NCBI GenBank assembly: GCA_965208125.1
Contig: OZ242320.1
Span: 2,688,001-2,752,000 of the forward strand
Direction of reading: 5' to 3'
DNA: 64,000 nucleotides
Source: Candidatus Latescibacterota bacterium
GTDB lineage: Bacteria > Latescibacterota > UBA2968
Both the position numbers and the translations under genes were made by a program. Below the pieces are notes generated by a model. That model ran no database searches. It had not been told where the DNA came from and saw nothing but the letters and a program-made list of their open reading frames with translations. Within the stretch, counting starts at the first letter, position 1, and the number at the start of each line of letters is the position of its first letter. Below, piece after piece: positions 58,328-64,000 of this stretch.

Positions 58328-59500
58328 ATGCAAATCAATTCTCGCCGCATTGAACGCTTGCCGCCCTATGTTTTTCACGAGGTCAATGCCCGCAAGATGT
58401 ACCTGCGGCGCAAGGGCGTTGATATTATTGATCTGGGTATGGGCAATCCCGACCAGCCGACGCCGCCACATATTATTGATAAACTCACTGAGGTTGTCCA
58501 CGACCCCAAGACGCATGGGTATTCGCCATCGGCGGGCCTTCCGGCTTTGAGGCGGGCGATTTGTCGCCATTACAAACGGCGTTTTGACGTTGATCTCGAT
58601 CCGGAAACAGAAGCTATTGTCACTATTGGTTCGAAAGAGGGGTTGGCGCATATTTGTCTCGCGCTTCTCGATCCGGGCGATCTCGCCATTGTGCCAAATC
58701 CGGCGTATCCTCTGCACCTTTATGGTGTTGCGATTGCCAATGGCAATGTCTTTAGCATGCCTTTGCGACCAGAAAAAGAATTTGTTCCAGACCTGCAAAT
58801 GATTCCGCGGGAACTGTGGCCCAAACCCAAAGTGATGATTTTTAATTTTCCTCACAATCCCACCACAGCTACTGTTGATATTTCTTTTTTTGAGGAGATC
58901 GTGGCTTTTGCCCGCCGCCAAAATATTATTGTTATTCACGATATGGCCTATTCGGATATCGCGTTTGACGACACTGTGGTGCCGAGTCTTTTACAGGTTA
59001 AGGGTGCCAAAGAAGTGGGGGTCGAATTTTACACGATGTCCAAGTCCTACAATATGGCCGGTTGGCGCGTCGGGTTTTGTCTCGGAAATCCGGAGGTGAT
59101 TAAAGCGCTTTCCGTGATCAAAAATTACTACGACTACGGCGTTTTTACCCCTATTCAGGTCGCTGCAATTGCCGCGCTTGATGGCCCGCAAGACTGCGTA
59201 CAGCAATCGGCCGCCAGGTATCAGAGCCGCAGGGATACGCTGGTAGAAGGTCTCAATCGCATTGGTTGGCCCGTCAATAAGCCCAGAGCGTCGATGTTTG
59301 TTTGGGCACCTATTCCAGAAAAGTATCGGTATCTCGGTTCTATGAATTTTGCCCTCAAGCTCATGGAGGAGGCCGAAGTTGCGGTTTCTCCCGGTATTGG
59401 TTTTGGCGATATGGGCGAGGGCTATGTACGCATTTCTCTGGTCGAAAATGAACACCGAATCCGCCAGGCTGTTCGCAATGTCAAACGCGCGCTTTTTTAA
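58328..59500 (+). CDS. Class I/II aminotransferase (AlaC / LL-DAP aminotransferase-like)
   Basis: LPPYVF, DLGMGNPD, GSKEG, NFPHNPT, SKSYNMAGWRVG. Confidence 0.88.
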   Translation: MQINSRRIERLPPYVFHEVNARKMYLRRKGVDIIDLGMGNPDQPTPPHIIDKLTEVVHDPKTHGYSPSAGLPALRRAICRHYKRRFDVDLDPETEAIVTIGSKEGLAHICLALLDPGDLAIVPNPAYPLHLYGVAIANGNVFSMPLRPEKEFVPDLQMIPRELWPKPKVMIFNFPHNPTTATVDISFFEEIVAFARRQNIIVIHDMAYSDIAFDDTVVPSLLQVKGAKEVGVEFYTMSKSYNMAGWRVGFCLGNPEVIKALSVIKNYYDYGVFTPIQVAAIAALDGPQDCVQQSAARYQSRRDTLVEGLNRIGWPVNKPRASMFVWAPIPEKYRYLGSMNFALKLMEEAEVAVSPGIGFGDMGEGYVRISLVENEHRIRQAVRNVKRALF

Positions 59501-59517
59501 TAGAAAGAAGGTCTTTT

Positions 59518-60714
59518 GTGACGATTAACGAAAATGCCATCTATCCTCCAAAAGGTTATAAGGCCGCCGGGCTGCATTGTGGTCTCAAAGAGGGGAATGA
59601 AAAAGATCTCGCGCTTATTGTTTCTGATCGGGCGGCTTCGGCAGCGGGGATGTTTACGACAAATCGCGTGTGTGCAGCACCCGTGCATCTCAATCGGGAA
59701 CATTTGCAAAATGGACGGGCGCGAGCCGTTGTGGTCAATAGCAAAAATGCCAATGCTTGTACCGGAGATCAGGGCATGACCGATGCGCGGCAGATGGCGC
59801 AATGGGTGGGCAGTGGATTGGATATTGCACCAGAAGATGCGCTGGTCAATTCGACGGGGGTCATTGGTGTGCCTCTTCCGATGGGGTGCCTTGAAAGGGG
59901 TATTCAAAACATCATTCCACAACTCGATGTTGAGGGATGGGACGATGCTGCAGAGGGGATTATGACGACTGATACCGTGCCGAAGAAAGCATCTGTGCGA
60001 TGTGAAATAGATGGGTGCGATATTACCATTGCGGGGATCGCCAAGGGCGCGGGTATGATTGCGCCAAATATGGCGACTATGCTCGCTTTTGTGCTCACAG
60101 ATGCAGCCCTTTCCCCCGGGGTACTCCAGGACGCGCTTTGTGAAGCTGTTACACAATCTTTTAATTGCATTACTGTTGACGGCGATATGAGTACCAATGA
60201 TACAGTTCTGGCTCTGGCAAATGGCGCGGCGAGGAAGCGCGAACTCGCAGGCGAAGACCTCTGTACCTTCCAGGACGCGCTCAATGCAGTCTGTATTAGT
60301 CTGGCCAAACAAATTGCACGCGATGGCGAGGGCGCGACCAAACTTATCACTGTGCGCGTTGATGGTGCCGCTACCGCGGCTGATGCACGCACTGTGGGGC
60401 TGTCTGTTGCCAACTCAAATCTGGTCAAGACCGCTGTTTTTGGACGCGATCCCAATTGGGGCCGAATTTTGTGTGCGGTGGGTTATGCCGGCGTGGCGGT
60501 GGATCCCGACCGCACAGCCGTTTCAATGACCGGTATCCCCATTTATGCCAATGGCGGTGGTCTGCCTTTTGACCAGGACTGCGCCATTGAAGCTCTGGGT
60601 GCTTCCGATATAGATATTGACATCAATTTGAACATCGGCGAGGCATCGGCTACTATTTATACGTGTGATTTGACTTATGACTACGTTCGCATAAATGCGG
60701 AATACACGACATAA
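59518..60714 (+). CDS. argJ: Ornithine acetyltransferase ArgJ
   Basis: NANACTG, STGVIG, IMTTD, KGAGMIAPNMATML, STND, DGEGATK, INAEYTT. Confidence 0.97.
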   Translation: MTINENAIYPPKGYKAAGLHCGLKEGNEKDLALIVSDRAASAAGMFTTNRVCAAPVHLNREHLQNGRARAVVVNSKNANACTGDQGMTDARQMAQWVGSGLDIAPEDALVNSTGVIGVPLPMGCLERGIQNIIPQLDVEGWDDAAEGIMTTDTVPKKASVRCEIDGCDITIAGIAKGAGMIAPNMATMLAFVLTDAALSPGVLQDALCEAVTQSFNCITVDGDMSTNDTVLALANGAARKRELAGEDLCTFQDALNAVCISLAKQIARDGEGATKLITVRVDGAATAADARTVGLSVANSNLVKTAVFGRDPNWGRILCAVGYAGVAVDPDRTAVSMTGIPIYANGGGLPFDQDCAIEALGASDIDIDINLNIGEASATIYTCDLTYDYVRINAEYTT

Positions 60715-60722
60715 TACTTCAC

Positions 60723-61928
60723 ATGCCCAAATCTCCTTTTACACAGCGCGTTCTCAATATCCAGGCTTCTGCGACGGTATCGGCTTTTGCCAGGGCAGGA
60801 GAACTGAAACGACAGGGTGTTGATCTCATTTCTCTCGTTGCGGGTGAGCCTGACTTTGAGACTCCTGAGCACATAAGAGATGCTGCGATTCGGGCTATTA
60901 AAGCGGGCCATACGCGATATACGAATCCCGCGTCGGGTATTCCCGAACTCAAAGACGCGATATGCGATAAATTTGAGCGCGACAATAATTTGCATTATGC
61001 TCCCTCACAGATCATCGTGACGTGTGGGGCAAAACAAACCATCTTTGACGCTATTATTGTTTTAATAGAGGAGGGGGACGAAGCCATTATTCCCGCTCCT
61101 TATTGGACGAGTTATGCCGATCAGGTGCGCTTAATGGGTGGCAATCCGATCATTGTGCCGACTACACAAGATTCGGATTTTTGCATGACAGCGCGACAAC
61201 TTCAGGATGCTATTACCCCACGAACAAAATTTGTGCTCTTAAATAGTCCCTGCAATCCTACGGGAAGTGTTTATACCCGTGAGAACCTGAATGCACTGGC
61301 CGATGTGATTGCGGGTGCTAATATTTATGTGATTGCCGATGAAATCTACGAAAAGCTCCTCTACGAAGATGCCGAGCATGTGTCTATCGCCGCTTTGTTG
61401 CCCGAGTTGGCAGATAAAACACTGACTGTCAATGGGGTATCAAAATCCTATGCGATGACCGGATGGCGCGTGGGGTATGGCGCAGGTCCCCAGACTTTGA
61501 TCGATTTGATGATCAAAGTCCAGACTCAGGAGACCACAAATACGTGCTCGATTTCCCAATACGCCGCGCTCGAAGCTCTTACAGGACCTCAAGACTGTGT
61601 CGAAGTGATGCGGCAAGCTTATGTTAAACGACGCGATCAAATCGTTTCTCGCCTCAATCAGATGCCGGGTGTGTCTTGCAATATGCCCCGGGGTGCGTTT
61701 TATGTTTTTCCCGATATCTCTGAATACATTGGCAAGTCGTCATCTTGCGGGCGTATTGACAGCGATGTTGCGTTTTGCAATTTCCTGCTCGAAGAAGCGC
61801 GTGTCGCCTGCGTTCCCGGCACGGGTTTTGGAGCACCGGGATATTTGAGGTTTTCCTATGCTGCGTCACCCGAGCAAATCGCCCGGGGCATGGATCGCAT
61901 TGAAGCGGCGTTGACCGCACTTTTATAA
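60723..61928 (+). CDS. aspC: Aspartate aminotransferase (class I)
   Basis: GEPDF, GAKQ, NSP.NPTG, DEIY, SKSYAMTGWR.G. Confidence 0.9.
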   Translation: MPKSPFTQRVLNIQASATVSAFARAGELKRQGVDLISLVAGEPDFETPEHIRDAAIRAIKAGHTRYTNPASGIPELKDAICDKFERDNNLHYAPSQIIVTCGAKQTIFDAIIVLIEEGDEAIIPAPYWTSYADQVRLMGGNPIIVPTTQDSDFCMTARQLQDAITPRTKFVLLNSPCNPTGSVYTRENLNALADVIAGANIYVIADEIYEKLLYEDAEHVSIAALLPELADKTLTVNGVSKSYAMTGWRVGYGAGPQTLIDLMIKVQTQETTNTCSISQYAALEALTGPQDCVEVMRQAYVKRRDQIVSRLNQMPGVSCNMPRGAFYVFPDISEYIGKSSSCGRIDSDVAFCNFLLEEARVACVPGTGFGAPGYLRFSYAASPEQIARGMDRIEAALTALL

Positions 61929-61941
61929 AGGACGATCATTT

Positions 61942-62910
61942 ATGAGCGACCGATCTTATCTCGACTTTGAACAGCCTCTGGCCGACTTAGAGACAAAAAT
62001 CTCCGCGCTTCGAGAACGCGCCAAAGCGGAAGGTCTGGATGTGACTGACGCGATTGACGTTCTCGAAAAACGCCGCGAGAAACTCGAACGCGATATTTTT
62101 CGCAATCTCACGCGATGGCAAAAATATCAGCTATCACGCCACCCTCAACGACCTTATTCGCTGGACTATATCGATCGTATAACTTCTGATTTTATCGAAT
62201 TACACGGCGACCGCTGTAGTGGAAATGATCAGGCGATTGTCGGGGGATTGGCGTATTTTGAAGGCCAACCCATCGTCGTTATCGGACAACAAAAAGGGCG
62301 CAATACAAGCGAGAATCTCAAGCGCAATTTTGGCCTTCCACATCCTGAAGGATATCGCAAAGCTCTGAGGTTGATGCAGTTGGCTGCCAAATTTGGTCGT
62401 CCCGTGCTTTGTATGGTCGATACACCGGGTGCGTTTCCAGGTCTGGCCTCGGAACAGCGAAGTATATCAGAAGCTATTGCTCGCAACCTTTTAGAGATGG
62501 CACGGCTACCCGTTCCTATTGTCGTCGCAATTATCGGTGAAGGCGCGAGCGGAGGGGCACTGGGCATTGGTGTAGGCGACCAAATTCTCATGCTCGAAAA
62601 TGCCTGGTATTCAGTGATCAATCCCGAATCCTGTTCGCTCATTCTCTGGCGCAACCGGGACAAGCGCACAGAAGCTGCAGAAGCTATGAAAATCGCAGCA
62701 GAAGATCTCCTGGATCTCGGTGTTATTGACTGCATTGTGCCAGAGCCTTATGGGGGGGCACATCGCGATTTTGAGCTGGCCGCACAAAATCTGAAGAAAG
62801 CCGTTTCAGACGCACTTGCAGAGATTGTTAAAATACCCGTTGAAAATCTTCCAGAATTACGGGTTGAAAAATTCAATCGAATGGGGATTTGGGAAGAATC
62901 TCATAGATAG
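61942..62910 (+). CDS. accA: Acetyl-CoA carboxylase carboxyltransferase alpha subunit
   Basis: LDFE.P, RHP.RP, ELHGDR, PEGYRKA, GEG.SGGALG, YSVI.PE. Confidence 0.97.
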   Translation: MSDRSYLDFEQPLADLETKISALRERAKAEGLDVTDAIDVLEKRREKLERDIFRNLTRWQKYQLSRHPQRPYSLDYIDRITSDFIELHGDRCSGNDQAIVGGLAYFEGQPIVVIGQQKGRNTSENLKRNFGLPHPEGYRKALRLMQLAAKFGRPVLCMVDTPGAFPGLASEQRSISEAIARNLLEMARLPVPIVVAIIGEGASGGALGIGVGDQILMLENAWYSVINPESCSLILWRNRDKRTEAAEAMKIAAEDLLDLGVIDCIVPEPYGGAHRDFELAAQNLKKAVSDALAEIVKIPVENLPELRVEKFNRMGIWEESHR

Positions 62911-63413
62911 TGAGGCACACCTCCAGTCTGCATATTCTCGTCAGAAAACGCATTCGTTTTTCAAGAGCTATTTTTCCGTTACAATGTCGTACCTTCAGCC
63001 TGCATATCCGCTCTGAGAGCCTCTGAAACTTTTTTTCTTTAGCGATGTTCTTAAGTTTCAAGACCTTATTTCAATCGCGGAAAAAAAACCGACAATAAAG
63101 GTCAATTTAGTAGTTGACGCGCGGACTTTCACTGTATATATTCTATTTGTGATTCAAATGAGTTTTTTGTTGTATCTTTATATTTTTAATATGGTTATGG
63201 GTATTTTTATTTAGGTGGGTGGAGGTTGCTCTAATCTTTAAGCCCTGAATTGGTCCAGGAGGAATTTGGGTTGGACTTTAACGGTTAAACTATGGTATTA
63301 CCGGGGGAGATAATACTATGGTACTGGCCGACAATATGAAGAAACCACATCCCTATTTCGGTGCACTCCAATTAGTGGAGGCTGATGGAAAAGATACCTT
63401 CATCCACCTGAAC

Positions 63414-63445
63414 AAAAAAGCGGTCCTATATGGATCGCTTTTTTC
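63414..63445. terminator. Bidirectional terminator downstream of comEC
   Basis: AAAAAAGCGGTCC-TATAT-GGATCGCTTTTTT. Confidence 0.75.
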
Positions 63446-64000
63446 ATTTTTTTTCATTTTTGAGCCACGGCACGATATCGATGTGTCCGCGATCTATTCT
63501 CACTGCGATTGCACCCGAATGATCGGTTCGCCAAATTTGTATTCCCATATCGCGAAAGCGCTGTAAAACTTCTGGCGAAGGATGCCGGAACTTATTGTTT
63601 ATTCCACACGATATGGCCACAACGCTGGGCGTGACACCCGCGAGGAACTCGGGTGTTGAGGATGTGCGCGAGCCGTGGTGCGCGGCTTTGAGGATGTCTG
63701 ACTGCAGGCGATGACCCCAGCGCATCAGATCGCTATCTGTCTCGTGTTCTATATCTCCAGTCAATAATATCGCTGTTTCCCGATAGACAATTCGAATGAC
63801 GACAGAACCATTGTTCACGCCATCGGGCGCCGGTCCCGAGTCGGAGACATAAGCCGATGTCGGATGTAGTACCAGACCGCCAATACCCACCAGACTATCT
63901 CCCGCAGCCACAGTATGATATCTGATGCCTTTTGCCTTTACGACCTCTTGAAGTCGTTTGCCGGTAAAAGAATCAACGTGTTGTCCCGCATCGAGATAAT
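63444..64000 (-). CDS. comEC: ComEC/Rec2 metallo-beta-lactamase domain, C-terminal part (5'-partial)
   Basis: NN.S.V, LLTGD.E, K..HHGS.TSS, S.G..N.F.HP, RTD..G; the frame is open to the window end. Confidence 0.85.
   Translation of the reverse strand, partial: YLDAGQHVDSFTGKRLQEVVKAKGIRYHTVAAGDSLVGIGGLVLHPTSAYVSDSGPAPDGVNNGSVVIRIVYRETAILLTGDIEHETDSDLMRWGHRLQSDILKAAHHGSRTSSTPEFLAGVTPSVVAISCGINNKFRHPSPEVLQRFRDMGIQIWRTDHSGAIAVRIDRGHIDIVPWLKNEKK

Noticed and set aside
63318-63566. 82-aa plus-strand ORF as a real CDS
   Set aside because: Reads through a terminator and overlaps comEC antisense; kept only as a low-interest finding.

Overview
A bacterial chromosomal window of moderate GC, mostly housekeeping and metabolic operons with several accessory patches. 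In order: a partial tandem-SBP MltF; thiC and a divergent thiO-thiS-thiG-tenI-like-thiD-thiE operon, each under a TPP riboswitch, with a 294-bp non-autonomous IS200/IS605-type mini-element between their promoters; an SLBB/PDG-repeat/CAP lipoprotein; an NAD-linked selenocysteine formate dehydrogenase (in-frame TGA plus SECIS); an aromatic amino-acid decarboxylase at the end of a four-gene cluster of exported proteins that shuffle one shared ~85-aa domain with Cache or LivJ-type binding domains; PhyH dioxygenases; an orphan RND pump followed by an unannotated 29-aa membrane peptide; pdxA; ridA; a low-GC three-gene operon headed by a Tse2-like (R-S-H) ADP-ribosyltransferase; a cusCBA-type metal efflux operon preceded by a Cys-rich RSPP-motif uORF; yeiH-cysK; an ApaLI-like type II R-M system; a GlnR-like regulator; a ggt/enolase catabolic cluster; an ilvN-leuA-leuC-leuD-cimA operon with a Leu/Ile/Val-rich leader peptide; alaC-like, argJ, aspC, accA; and a partial comEC. 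The best candidates for undescribed systems are the modular Cache/SBP surface-protein cluster (15.1-23.0 kb), the ART-toxin trio (31.9-33.3 kb) and the promoter-plus-omegaRNA-like mini-element (4.0-4.3 kb). All family calls are from motif recognition by eye; no database searches were run.
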